Origin: Candidatus Electronema halotolerans
GTDB lineage: Bacteria > Desulfobacterota > Desulfobulbia > Desulfobulbales > Desulfobulbaceae
Reading direction: 5' to 3'
Assembly (NCBI GenBank): GCA_942493095.1
Contig: OW818675.1
Location: 1,740,001-1,772,000 of the forward strand
Length of the DNA: 32,000 nucleotides
Part shown: positions 20,083 through 28,667 of the stretch, in pieces
How positions within the stretch are numbered: position 1 is the stretch's first letter
How the letters are laid out: each line of letters opens with the position of its first letter
Notes under the pieces: generated by a model
Told to the model about the DNA's origin: nothing
Database searches by the model: none
The model's input: only the letters and a program-made list of their open reading frames with translations
Made by a program: the position numbers and the translations under genes

Positions 20083-20532
20083 ATGCGGGCAGTGGTGCAG
20101 CGGGTCAGTTCAGCCAGCGTGACTGTGGCAGGCCGGAAGACCGGCAGGATTAACGCGGGTCTGCTGGTCCTGCTCGGCGTGCATAAGGAAGATGCGCCGC
20201 AGGATATTGCCTGGCTGGCGGAAAAGGTCGTCAATCTGCGCATTTTTGAGGATGAGGCCGGACTGATGAACCGCTCCCTTGCCGACACGGGCGGGGCCAT
20301 GCTTATTGTCTCGCAGTTCACTTTGCTCGGCGACTGCCGCAAAGGCCGCCGCCCCTCGTGGTCAGAGGCTGCGCCGCCAGAGCTGGCCAAGCAGTTCTAC
20401 CTTGAGTTCATTGAGGCGATCAAGCGTTGCGGCATCAGCACGGCCAGCGGCGAATTTCAGGCTATGATGGAAGTGAGCCTGTGCAACTCCGGCCCAGTGA
20501 CCATTCTTCTTGATTCACATAAACATTTTTAA
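20083..20532 (+). CDS. dtd: D-aminoacyl-tRNA deacylase
   Basis: '[37 protein letters not shown]', '[15 protein letters not shown]', '[19 protein letters not shown]', with a C-terminal 'GPVTILLDS'. ATG at 20083; the upstream 19555-20082 extension is spurious. Confidence 0.95.
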   Translation: MRAVVQRVSSASVTVAGRKTGRINAGLLVLLGVHKEDAPQDIAWLAEKVVNLRIFEDEAGLMNRSLADTGGAMLIVSQFTLLGDCRKGRRPSWSEAAPPELAKQFYLEFIEAIKRCGISTASGEFQAMMEVSLCNSGPVTILLDSHKHF

Positions 20533-20578
20533 GAGCAGCGGAACGGCTGGCGGTTGTGGATAGGTTGAACTTGACAAA

Positions 20579-21160
20579 ATGGAACTGCAAATAAATGATA
20601 CTCAATTTAAAAATAGTTCAAATGCAGAAGTTGACATGGAACATCTGTTTGAAAATATATTTAAAAATATAAATGACTGGTTAAAGTTTGCGGAACAGAA
20701 GAATGTTACTTTATTGGTTTTGAATACAGGGATAGTTTGGGGTGTCAGCAGAATAATCAATAAAAATTTCTCTGAATCAAGTTTGATATTTAGCGGAATA
20801 GTTTTTGGCTATTTATTTAATTTTGTTTCAATAATAATATGTATAGCCTCATTTATGCCTGTTTTTACAGACAAATGGTTTAAGATGGAAGAAAAGAGAG
20901 AAAGTGACAATATTCTTTTCTTTTATGACATTGCCAAGTATTCTAAGAGGGAATTTTTAGAATTGGCAAAAAGGAAAGCTGGTATGAAAGAATACAAGTT
21001 TTCTGAAATAGAAAAAGACTATGCTGGTCAAATAGTAAACAATGCTGATATTGCATTAAGTAAATACAAGCAATTTAAAATTGCATCAAGGTTTACAATT
21101 ATTTCTATAATATTTTTCGTTATCTTTATAACGATTGCCTTGCTTGGAGATAAGCTATGA
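20579..21160 (+). CDS. Pycsar-type membrane effector candidate (PycTM / DUF5706-like)
   Basis: 193 aa; N-terminal 'NINDWLKFAEQKNVTLLVLNTGIVWGVSRI', hydrophobic 'SLIFSGIVFGYLFNFVSIIICIASFMPVF', 'IVNNADIALSKYKQFKIASRFTIISIIFFVIFITIALL'. Overlaps a nucleotide cyclase gene by ATGA. Confidence 0.78.
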   Translation: MELQINDTQFKNSSNAEVDMEHLFENIFKNINDWLKFAEQKNVTLLVLNTGIVWGVSRIINKNFSESSLIFSGIVFGYLFNFVSIIICIASFMPVFTDKWFKMEEKRESDNILFFYDIAKYSKREFLELAKRKAGMKEYKFSEIEKDYAGQIVNNADIALSKYKQFKIASRFTIISIIFFVIFITIALLGDKL

Positions 21161-21969
21161 TTACTGAAACTCAATTGCCAGAAAAATATCGTGATATAAT
21201 AGATAATCAGGTTAAAAAATTTGATGAAAAATTCTCGAGAGAAATTTTTTCTCAGAAGATAAGGAAAATGGAAAGGATACCAAGTGCTGAGAATATTCCA
21301 ACTGAAGATTCTATAAGATGGATTCAAATTCCAGATGTAATATGCGTATTTGTTGATATGAAAAATTCAACCAAGTTGAGCGCATATAAACATGCAAGAA
21401 CAACAGCAAAAATATACACGTTGTTCACAGGGACGGCTGTAAGGATTTTCAGAGCATTTAATGCGTCTTATATAGATATCAAAGGCGATGGTATCTTTGC
21501 ATTATTTAATTATGATCAAGTTCATACATCTCTTGCATCGGCAGTTACATTTAAAACTTTTGTGCAAGATACTTTTTTAAAAAAAGTACATGAAATAGAT
21601 ACTGGAGTTCATATAGGGATACATCAGGCAACATTATTGGTGAGTAAGATAGGTCTTAAAAGAAATAAAAATAGAGATGATATGCACAATGAAGTTTGGG
21701 CTGGAAAAACTGTAAATATGGCGGTTAAACTTGCGAGCTTGTCAGAAAACAACGAAATAGTTGTATCAAATTGTTTTTATGAGAAAATAACATCAAGAGA
21801 AGCTCTTTATTGCTGCCGATGCTCATCAACTCAACTGTTATGGGAAGAACAAGATGTATCATCGGATGACAGATTTTCATTCGATAAAATAAATATATTA
21901 AAGTCACTCTGGTGTAAAAAACACGGAGCCGAATATTTACAAAATATCATAGATGCAGATAACTTGTAA
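21157..21969 (+). CDS. Class III nucleotide cyclase, Pycsar-type (putative cCMP/cUMP-generating PycC)
   Basis: Metal-binding Asp motifs 'VICVFVDMKNSTKLS' (D67) and 'YIDIKGDGIFALF' (D111); 'NEVWAGKTVNMAVKLASL' cyclase C-terminal motif; standalone soluble cyclase translationally coupled to a TM effector. Confidence 0.82.
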   Translation: MITETQLPEKYRDIIDNQVKKFDEKFSREIFSQKIRKMERIPSAENIPTEDSIRWIQIPDVICVFVDMKNSTKLSAYKHARTTAKIYTLFTGTAVRIFRAFNASYIDIKGDGIFALFNYDQVHTSLASAVTFKTFVQDTFLKKVHEIDTGVHIGIHQATLLVSKIGLKRNKNRDDMHNEVWAGKTVNMAVKLASLSENNEIVVSNCFYEKITSREALYCCRCSSTQLLWEEQDVSSDDRFSFDKINILKSLWCKKHGAEYLQNIIDADNL

Positions 21970-22200
21970 AGAATTATTCTCTCGTCATCCTTTTGAAATA
22001 CTGAGTTTTCTGCGAGCGGCAGATGACAGAAAATAGCTGCGAGATTGCTATTTTGACGAATACATTTTAAATATGGCTTTCACCGACTTCAACTCGCCTG
22101 ACGAAGTGCAGCAAGCATACAGCATCACGTATGCTAATAAGAATCCTGCGTTTGCCATGATGCACATCCTCACTCCATCCACCTGCACACATCATCGTTA

Positions 22201-22485
22201 ATGGCATTTCATTGGAACGAAAAGAAAAATGAAATATTGCGGAAAGAACGCGGCATCTCTTTCGAGCGGATCGTTGTTGCAATAGAGGAAGGGCATCTGC
22301 TCGGCATTCTTGAGCATCATAATAAAGAAAGATACGCGAATCAGATTGTTATTGTTGTGGAAATTGACGGCTATGCGGTCTGTGTTCCGGCAATCGAAGA
22401 AAAAAACGGCGACTTCTTCCTGAAGACGCTGTTTCCGAGCAGAAAATACACAAAGCAATACAAATTGAATGTGAAAAATGAATGA
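22201..22485 (+). CDS. Type II toxin-antitoxin system toxin (BrnT/RelE-fold-like small protein)
   Basis: 'MAFHWNEKKNEILRKERGISFERIVVAIEEGHLLGILEHHNKERYANQIVIVVEIDGYAVCVPAIEEKNGDFFLKTLFPSRKYTKQYK'; overlaps the downstream CopG-like antitoxin by 8 nt. Confidence 0.72.
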   Translation: MAFHWNEKKNEILRKERGISFERIVVAIEEGHLLGILEHHNKERYANQIVIVVEIDGYAVCVPAIEEKNGDFFLKTLFPSRKYTKQYKLNVKNE

Positions 22486-22750
22486 ACACGAAGAGAAAGA
22501 ATTGATCGCTTCAGTTGAAAACGAGGAGTGGACTTCTGTCAGCGATTTGGATTCTTTTAAAAAAAGACTGATGCGGGCCGCTGCTGAAACTACGGCAAAG
22601 GATTATCAAATCAATGTCAGAGTTTCCAAGCGGGATGCCGAGGCGTTAAAAACCAAGGCTCTGGAAGAAGGAATTCCGTATCAAGAGCTTGTGACCAGCA
22701 TTCTTCACAAGTACGTGACTGGCAGAATCGTGGAAAGGCAGGGTTGTTAG
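22478..22750 (+). CDS. CopG-family (ribbon-helix-helix) antitoxin
   Basis: 'ETTAKDYQINVRVSKRDAEALKTKALEEGIPYQELVTSILHKYVTGRI' typical of CopG-type antitoxins of this TA pairing. Confidence 0.75.
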   Translation: MNEHEEKELIASVENEEWTSVSDLDSFKKRLMRAAAETTAKDYQINVRVSKRDAEALKTKALEEGIPYQELVTSILHKYVTGRIVERQGC

Positions 22751-22937
22751 CAACATTGCCGAGAGGCTGTACGAGTAGTGCGGAAAATGATGCAGCCAAA
22801 CAGAAAGTCTTGTTTGATAATCTGCTGGAAAAATGGGGCACTGTCCCGGACTCAGAGACGGACAGGATTCTCAATCAGCGGGAAACTGTAGAGCCGGAAG
22901 CTGATTTGACACCAGAACTTGTCAGCCGTCTGAAAAA

Positions 22938-23597
22938 ATGGATTACCAGCAAATGCCTGATCCCCAGCACATTGCCGCCCTTGAGCAGATCATCCGCTCC
23001 CGCCGCTCCATCCGCAGCTTTTCCGGCCACGTCCCGGAGGAGGTGCTGCGCAAGATTGTTGAATCTGCCGTCTATGCTCCGTATGCCGCCGGAACCGGCA
23101 TACCCTTGGCCGAAATCAGAAAGGTCTTCATCTTCCGGCAGGACAGCGCGGCAATAGCGCAGGCGCAGGAGATCATTGCCAGGCAGCTCCGCAAGGCTGC
23201 TTTTGGCATCAGCATCATGGTCCGGCTGCTCCCTTTTCTGAGCAGGAAGATGGGATTTTTTGCCAGGCAGATCAAAAATACGGCAGAAAATGGCATTCCC
23301 GGCCTGCGGCAAGGCTCATTTTATATCGTGGTGGCCGAGAAGAAGGGCTTTCCGGCGGTGGAACAGCAGGCTCTGGCTCATGTCATGCAGAATATCTGGC
23401 TGACCGCGACCGCGCACGGAGTCGGCTTTCAGCTCCTGTCCCTCACCGGCTCGCTGGCAAAGAACCGGCAGTTCATGGACTTGCTCGGCCTGCCGCCTAA
23501 GCAGTGGGCTTTGGCAGGCTGCCTTGTCGGGATGCCGAGCCGCCTGCCGACAACAGTCCGGCAGCGGGACCCAGAACCTTTCATTCACTGGCTGTGA
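22938..23597 (+). CDS. Nitroreductase family protein
   Basis: 'LEQIIRSRRSIRSFSGHVPEEVLRKIVESAVYAPYAAGTGIPLAEIRKVFI' FMN-site start and 'HVMQNIWLTATAHGVGFQLLSL'. Confidence 0.85.
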   Translation: MDYQQMPDPQHIAALEQIIRSRRSIRSFSGHVPEEVLRKIVESAVYAPYAAGTGIPLAEIRKVFIFRQDSAAIAQAQEIIARQLRKAAFGISIMVRLLPFLSRKMGFFARQIKNTAENGIPGLRQGSFYIVVAEKKGFPAVEQQALAHVMQNIWLTATAHGVGFQLLSLTGSLAKNRQFMDLLGLPPKQWALAGCLVGMPSRLPTTVRQRDPEPFIHWL

Positions 23598-23628
23598 ATC
23601 CTTTCCAGCCAAAGCACAACAGTACAAC

Positions 23629-24579
23629 ATGAGAAAAGAAATCAAGATCGGCACCCGCGCCAGCCTGCTGGCGGTCACGCAATCGACTTGGGTCAAAGAG
23701 CAGATTGAGCGGCAGCATCCCGGCACCACGGTGGAATTAGTCAAAATCCTCACCAAGGGCGACAAAATTTTGGACGTGCCCTTGGCCAAGGTCGGCGGCA
23801 AAGGCTTGTTTGTCAAGGAGATTGAGGACGCGCTCTTGGACAGGCGGGTTGATCTGGCCGTGCATTCGATGAAGGACGTTCCTGCTGAACTGCCTGCGGG
23901 CCTGCATGTCGCCATTGTCCCGGAACGCGAAGTGCCTTTTGATGCCTTTGTGTCCGTGCGATACCAGACGCTGGCTGATCTGCCGCAGGGCGGAGCGGTC
24001 GGCACCTCCAGTCTGCGGCGCAAGGCCCAGCTTGCCGCTCTCCGGCCTGATTTGCAGATCAGCGACCTGCGCGGCAATTTGGACACCCGCCTGCGCAAGC
24101 TGGACGAAGGCATCTATGACGCGATCATTCTCGCCGGAGCAGGGCTGAACCGGCTGGGGCTGCAGGCGCGCATCACCGCCTTGTTTTCGTCAGAGCAGAT
24201 GCTGCCCGCCATTGGCCAAGGCGCGTTGGGCCTTGAGCTGCGCAAGGAGGACAGCGAGCTGCTGGATGCTCTACAGTTCCTCCATCATGCGGACACAGCC
24301 TGCGCTGTGACAGCCGAACGGGCCTTTCTCCATCGCTTGGAAGGCGGCTGCCAAGTGCCGATTGGCGGCTTTGCCACGGTTGCGGGCGGCACAGTCACCC
24401 TGACCGGCCTGATTGCCGCTTTGGACGGCAGGACAGTGTTCAAGGAGCAGCTTGCCGGGCCGGTTGAATCAGCCGCAGATATCGGCAGGACGCTGGCTGA
24501 AACCCTGTTGGCCGCAGGCGGCAAGGCAGTGCTCGACGAGGTCTATGAGGCAGGCCCGGACACGAAGCAGGGACAGTGA
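23629..24579 (+). CDS. hemC: Hydroxymethylbilane synthase (porphobilinogen deaminase)
   Basis: 'KIGTRASLLAVTQSTWVKEQIE', 'VGGKGLFVKEIEDALLDRRVDLAVHSMKDVP', 'GTSSLRRKAQL', 'LRGNLDTRLRKLDEG', 'LEGGCQVPIG'. ATG at 23629. Confidence 0.96.
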   Translation: MRKEIKIGTRASLLAVTQSTWVKEQIERQHPGTTVELVKILTKGDKILDVPLAKVGGKGLFVKEIEDALLDRRVDLAVHSMKDVPAELPAGLHVAIVPEREVPFDAFVSVRYQTLADLPQGGAVGTSSLRRKAQLAALRPDLQISDLRGNLDTRLRKLDEGIYDAIILAGAGLNRLGLQARITALFSSEQMLPAIGQGALGLELRKEDSELLDALQFLHHADTACAVTAERAFLHRLEGGCQVPIGGFATVAGGTVTLTGLIAALDGRTVFKEQLAGPVESAADIGRTLAETLLAAGGKAVLDEVYEAGPDTKQGQ

Positions 24580-24784
24580 ACAGCCTTCTGTCAAAGAAGC
24601 CGCCAGAATGGAAGGCAATGCCGGTTGTCAGGAAAATTCATCTGGCGTGGAGTCAAGTTCTCTTGAGAGTTGCCGGATAATTGCTTATCCTTCTCTGTGT
24701 CAACAAGTGCCCTGATAAATATGATCGATTTTTGACGCGAGATCACGTCTGTTTGATAAAGTTGCAGAAAATTCAGATGAACAC

Positions 24785-24792
24785 AAAGGAGG
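24785..24792 (+). promoter_or_regulatory. Strong Shine-Dalgarno AAAGGAGG of fba
   Basis: AAAGGAGG located 4 nt upstream of ATG 24797. Confidence 0.8.
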
Positions 24793-24796
24793 AATC

Positions 24797-26077
24797 ATGT
24801 CTTACATAGCCGATTTTGAAAAAGCTTTGGAAGTTGGCCGTCCGCCGAACATCAAGGCTCTGTTTCCCAACTCCCGCGCCCTGATCGTCAGCGGCAAGGT
24901 GATTGACCGTGCTCTGCTGCGCAAGGGCAAGGCCATGACTATGGCTGCCAATGGCCGCAACCACTTGGTGATTCGCGGCGCGCTGATGGCGGCCCAGCGG
25001 GCGCAGGCGGCTCTGATCATTGAGATTGCTCGCTCCGAGGGCGGGGCCTCCTCCTACTGCGCCACCAACTACTGGAACATGGCCCGGCAGGTCGATGCGC
25101 TCTGCAACGAGATGGGCATCACCGTGCCAGTGGCCATCCACGCCGACCACTACGGCATCAAATCGCCTGCGGACATCGCCTTTGCCCGCACCGAGATACC
25201 ATCGCTCTTTGACGCGGGCATCACCTCCATTGCTGTTGATGCCTCGCACATGATGGATGACGACAATCTCTTGGCCAGTCTTGCCCTGAGCAGCGTCATT
25301 CCGCCGTGGGCTGGCTATGAAACCGAGGTGGGCGAGATCAAAGGCACGGCAGGGCTGTCATCTGCCGACGAGGCCCTCTTTCTTGTCCAAGGACTGAATG
25401 CGCATGACATCTTCCCGGACTGGATCGCCCTCAACAACGGCACCACTCACGGCATTGAGGCTTCGGACGCAGGCATTCAGGTTGAGTTGACCGGCGAAAT
25501 TCACGCGGCCTTGGAAAAATACGGCGTGTCCGGGGCGCAGCATGGCACTTCCGGCAACAGCTCGGAGCGGCTGCGGGCCATTGCCTCGCAGACCCGCACC
25601 ACCAAGGCCAATGTCGCCACTGCTTTGCAGATGATTTCTTGGGGCGTGGAAGTCAATGACTACGGCAATGCCATCCTTGATGCGGACGGCGAGTTTGTCA
25701 AGGTTCCCGGCCAAGGCATGACAGAAGAGCTGTGGGCGGATATGAAAGCGTATGCCAAGGACAAAGGCTGGTCCAAGGGCAATTACAAAAACCTGAACTT
25801 GACCTTTGAAAACCGGATCATGGGCCAGCCGCGAGAGATTCGGGAGCGCATGGCCCGCCGGGTCAGCGACTTCATTTTCACCATGCTGACCGAGGTCTTC
25901 AATGCCCAAGGCACAGCCCGCCACGCGGTCGATGCGATTCTGGAGGTAGGCTCCTATGACCTTGGCCCCAAGGTCGGGCGGATGGAATCGCCGGAGGACT
26001 GGACAGAGGAGAAAATTCGCGCCCGCGCTGCCGAGTTGGACACGGACAAAGGCCCGGAGGGTGATTTCTCGGATTGA
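24797..26077 (+). CDS. fba: Class II fructose-bisphosphate aldolase
   Basis: 'VPVAIHADHYGIKS', 'DAGITSIAVDASHM', 'GLNAHDIFPDWIALNNGTTHG', 'YGVSGAQHGTSGNSSERLRAI'. Confidence 0.9.
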   Translation: MSYIADFEKALEVGRPPNIKALFPNSRALIVSGKVIDRALLRKGKAMTMAANGRNHLVIRGALMAAQRAQAALIIEIARSEGGASSYCATNYWNMARQVDALCNEMGITVPVAIHADHYGIKSPADIAFARTEIPSLFDAGITSIAVDASHMMDDDNLLASLALSSVIPPWAGYETEVGEIKGTAGLSSADEALFLVQGLNAHDIFPDWIALNNGTTHGIEASDAGIQVELTGEIHAALEKYGVSGAQHGTSGNSSERLRAIASQTRTTKANVATALQMISWGVEVNDYGNAILDADGEFVKVPGQGMTEELWADMKAYAKDKGWSKGNYKNLNLTFENRIMGQPREIRERMARRVSDFIFTMLTEVFNAQGTARHAVDAILEVGSYDLGPKVGRMESPEDWTEEKIRARAAELDTDKGPEGDFSD

Positions 26078-26303
26078 TGCTCTGCCGAGGCGGAGCTGCT
26101 TTGGTTTGCTGTAAAGAGCGGCTCCGCAGGTTTTGACATGGAGCAAAAAGCATGAAAAAAGATGGATAAGGCGCATCAACAACTGCTCCGTCAATGCTGC
26201 GGCTTTGATTGGGATGAAGGAAATGTTGAAAAAAATCGAATCAAGCATGATGTTGTTCCATCGGAGTGCGAGCAGATATTTTTCAACAGACCATTGCTGA
26301 TAC

Positions 26304-26310
26304 ATGATGA
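26304..26310. repeat. Target-site duplication ATGATGA, left copy (right copy 27203-27209)
   Basis: Direct repeat immediately outside the CA...TG ends of the IS element; consistent with the restored brnT frame. Confidence 0.7.
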
Positions 26311-27202
26311 CAGGTGATGGTGAACTGTGAGTGATCAATTAAACAAAAGATTATTATTATAATCTTGAATGAACCTCCAGACAGATGCAGTTAAATTTTC
26401 GATGCTTCTCGAAAATGAAATGGTCTTTCTGACAAGTGCAGACAATCTTTGTCTGAATGTCAAATTGAGCCTTTCGATATGACTTGTTTTTCCGCTTCCT
26501 TTGCTGACAATTCTATGCCTTTCAGCTGGAAACACGCTCGAATAAGCGGCGAGTCCATCCGTAAAAAATATTCCGTTCTTTTTGCAATCTTCAGAAAGGG
26601 AGTCCCACAAGGCGGCTGCTCCTGCATTATCTCTTTTTCCAACATGATACCCGACAATAAGCTTTGTTCTTCTCTCGATAGCAAGCCATATCCAAATATC
26701 ATTTTCCTTGTCACCAACGAAAGTCCACATTTCATCGGCTTCGATGAAGATTTTTCCGTTGCGGGACATATTGAAAGCCTCTTTTTTGACTTCATTTCGT
26801 TTTTTTTTAACATATTCCTGAAGCCATCTTTTTGAGATGGAAACGGCTCTCGCAATCCCAGCCAATGAGATTCTTTCAACAAGAAGCTTATCAACTATGC
26901 GCCATTCAGCATCAGATATTGTTTTGTTCTGAGGATTCTCAACGAATTGACGTGAGCAGTCCTTACATAAAAATTTCTTTTTCCCATTCGCATTGGAGCC
27001 ATTTTTCACAATGACTGATGAACCACATCTTGGGCATTGCACAGCTTTCTTCTCCATGTTTGTTTTTTTCATAATGACGGCTTGACATGCGCATCCGACG
27101 AAGAGCCGATGGGACAGAGAGCATCCCTTGCCGCCAGTATATTATATTTTCCATCAATTTCAACATATTTTCAACCCATCACTCACGATTCACCATTACC
27201 TG
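26311..27202 (-). mobile_element. IS1-family insertion sequence, ~892 bp
   Basis: Left IR 26313-26335 GGTGATGGTGAACTGTGAGTGAT and right IR (reverse complement of 27178-27200) GGTAATGGTGAATCGTGAGTGAT match at 20/23 positions and begin with the IS1-like GGTRATG. The element encodes an IS1-type transposase and is flanked by a 7-bp direct repeat. Confidence 0.88.
26335..27072 (-). CDS. IS1-family transposase (single uninterrupted ORF)
   Basis: N-terminal CxxC zinc finger 'CPRCGSSVIVKNG...FLCKDCSRQF', 'IEADEMWTFVGDKENDIWIWLAIERRTKLIVGYHVGKRD', 'FFTDGLAAYSSVF', 'HIERLNLTFRQRLSALVRKTISFSRS' (IS1 DDE features). Confidence 0.92.
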   Translation of the reverse strand: MKKTNMEKKAVQCPRCGSSVIVKNGSNANGKKKFLCKDCSRQFVENPQNKTISDAEWRIVDKLLVERISLAGIARAVSISKRWLQEYVKKKRNEVKKEAFNMSRNGKIFIEADEMWTFVGDKENDIWIWLAIERRTKLIVGYHVGKRDNAGAAALWDSLSEDCKKNGIFFTDGLAAYSSVFPAERHRIVSKGSGKTSHIERLNLTFRQRLSALVRKTISFSRSIENLTASVWRFIQDYNNNLLFN

Positions 27203-27355
27203 ATGATGACACGCTGCATTCAGCAGAAGAAAAGCGATTTTACGCACTCGGCAGAACTGACAGAGATAGACGGCTTTTTGTTGTTTTCACCATCAGGATG
27301 AATTTGATCAGAATCATTTCTGCAAGGGACATGAGCCGTAAGGAAAGGAAGATAT

Positions 27356-27628
27356 ATGGCGATGAAAAAAATTCCTAAATTTAAGAACGCAGACGAGGAA
27401 CGGGCATTTTGGCAGAAACATGACTCTGCGGAATTCATTGATTGGAGCAAAGCGGAACAGCTCGTTCTTCCTAAGCTCAAACCATCTGTTAAAAAAATAT
27501 CGCTCAGACTCCCTGAATCCATGCTGGAAGAGCTGAAGCTGCTGGCCAGAAAACGTGATGTTTCCTATCAGTCCCTGCTGAAGATGTTCTTGGCTGAACG
27601 GCTTGAAAAAGAGTTGGGCGCACACTGA
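27356..27628 (+). CDS. brnA: BrnA/CopG-like antitoxin, intact partner of the disrupted brnT
   Basis: '[71 protein letters not shown]'; start overlaps the toxin 3' end. Confidence 0.8.
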   Translation: MAMKKIPKFKNADEERAFWQKHDSAEFIDWSKAEQLVLPKLKPSVKKISLRLPESMLEELKLLARKRDVSYQSLLKMFLAERLEKELGAH

Positions 27629-27647
27629 ATTTTTTCCCAAAAAGAGC

Positions 27648-28655
27648 ATGCACAAGATACTTGTCACCGGCGCGGCTGGATTTATTGGCCACAGTTTGTC
27701 CAAACGTCTGCTTGAGGCGGGCCGCACTGTTGTCGGCTTGGATAACCTCAACGACTACTATGATCCAAACCTGAAAAAGGCGCGGCTGGAGCAGCTTCTC
27801 GCGTTTCCCGGCTTCCGTCATGCGAATTTTGACATGGCTGACCGGGCCAAGATGGAGCAGCTTTTTGCCGCAGAGCAGTTTGATGCAGTCGTCAACTTGG
27901 CCGCTCAAGCCGGGGTGCGCTACTCGCTGATCAACCCGCACTCGTATGTTGACACCAACATTGTCGGCTTCCTCAATGTGCTGGAAGGCTGCCGCCACAA
28001 CAAGGTCAAGCATCTGCTCTATGCCTCGTCCAGCTCGGTCTATGGGGCCAACACCGCCATGCCTTTTTCCGTGCATGACAATGTTGACCACCCGGTTTCG
28101 CTCTATGCGGCCTCCAAAAAGGCCAATGAGCTGATGGCGCACAGCTACAGCCATCTCTACGGCCTGCCCTGCACCGGCCTGCGCTTCTTCACCGTCTATG
28201 GGCCGTGGGGCAGGCCGGACATGGCCTTGTTCCTCTTCACCAAGGCGATTCTGGAAGATCAGCCAGTCAACATCTTCAACAATGGCGACATGGAGCGCGA
28301 CTTCACCTACATCGACGACATTGTCGAGGGAGTGTTCCGGCTGATTGATCATCTGCCTGTGCCTGACCCAAACTGGAGTGGCGACCAGCCTGACTCGGCG
28401 ACCAGCTACTGTCCGTGGCGGCTTTACAACATCGGCAACAACGCCAAGCAGCAGTTGCTGCGCTACATTGAGGTGCTGGAGGACTGCCTTGGTAAAAAGG
28501 CGATTCGCAATTATATGCCCATGCAGGCGGGCGATGTCCGGGCAACGTATGCTGATGTTGATGACTTGGTGCGGGAGATCGGCTTCAAGCCGCAGACTGC
28601 GATTGAGACGGGCATTAAAAATTTTGTCGAGTGGTATCGCAGCTATTACGGTTGA
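27648..28655 (+). CDS. NAD-dependent epimerase/dehydratase, UDP-glucuronate 4-epimerase-like
   Basis: '[45 protein letters not shown]', '[34 protein letters not shown]', '[10 protein letters not shown]', '[22 protein letters not shown]'. Confidence 0.92.
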   Translation: MHKILVTGAAGFIGHSLSKRLLEAGRTVVGLDNLNDYYDPNLKKARLEQLLAFPGFRHANFDMADRAKMEQLFAAEQFDAVVNLAAQAGVRYSLINPHSYVDTNIVGFLNVLEGCRHNKVKHLLYASSSSVYGANTAMPFSVHDNVDHPVSLYAASKKANELMAHSYSHLYGLPCTGLRFFTVYGPWGRPDMALFLFTKAILEDQPVNIFNNGDMERDFTYIDDIVEGVFRLIDHLPVPDPNWSGDQPDSATSYCPWRLYNIGNNAKQQLLRYIEVLEDCLGKKAIRNYMPMQAGDVRATYADVDDLVREIGFKPQTAIETGIKNFVEWYRSYYG

Positions 28656-28667
28656 GGCGAATATTCC

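Larger units (their letters stand above)
26162..27378 (+). pseudogene. brnT: brnT-like toxin gene interrupted by an IS1-family element (N-part 26162-26310, C-part 27210-27378)
   Basis: Removing 26311-27202 plus one 7-bp duplication gives one in-frame 105-aa BrnT-like protein: MDKAHQQLLRQCCGFDWDEGNVEKNRIKHDVVPSECEQIFFNRPLLIHDD|[55 protein letters not shown]. Confidence 0.88.

Noticed and set aside
20579-21160. Interpretation of the 193-aa protein as a holin or generic membrane protein
   Set aside because: Coupling to a class III cyclase and the DUF5706-like arrangement fit a Pycsar effector better, though similarity was judged by eye only.
24773-25249. 158-aa minus-strand ORF (and 25358-26338 minus) opposite fba
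   Set aside because: The + strand encodes a convincing class II aldolase with a strong SD; the antisense frames have no motifs.
26449-26835. 128-aa plus-strand and 26460-26894 minus-strand alternative ORFs inside the IS
   Set aside because: Both overlap the transposase in other frames and have no transposase or accessory motif.
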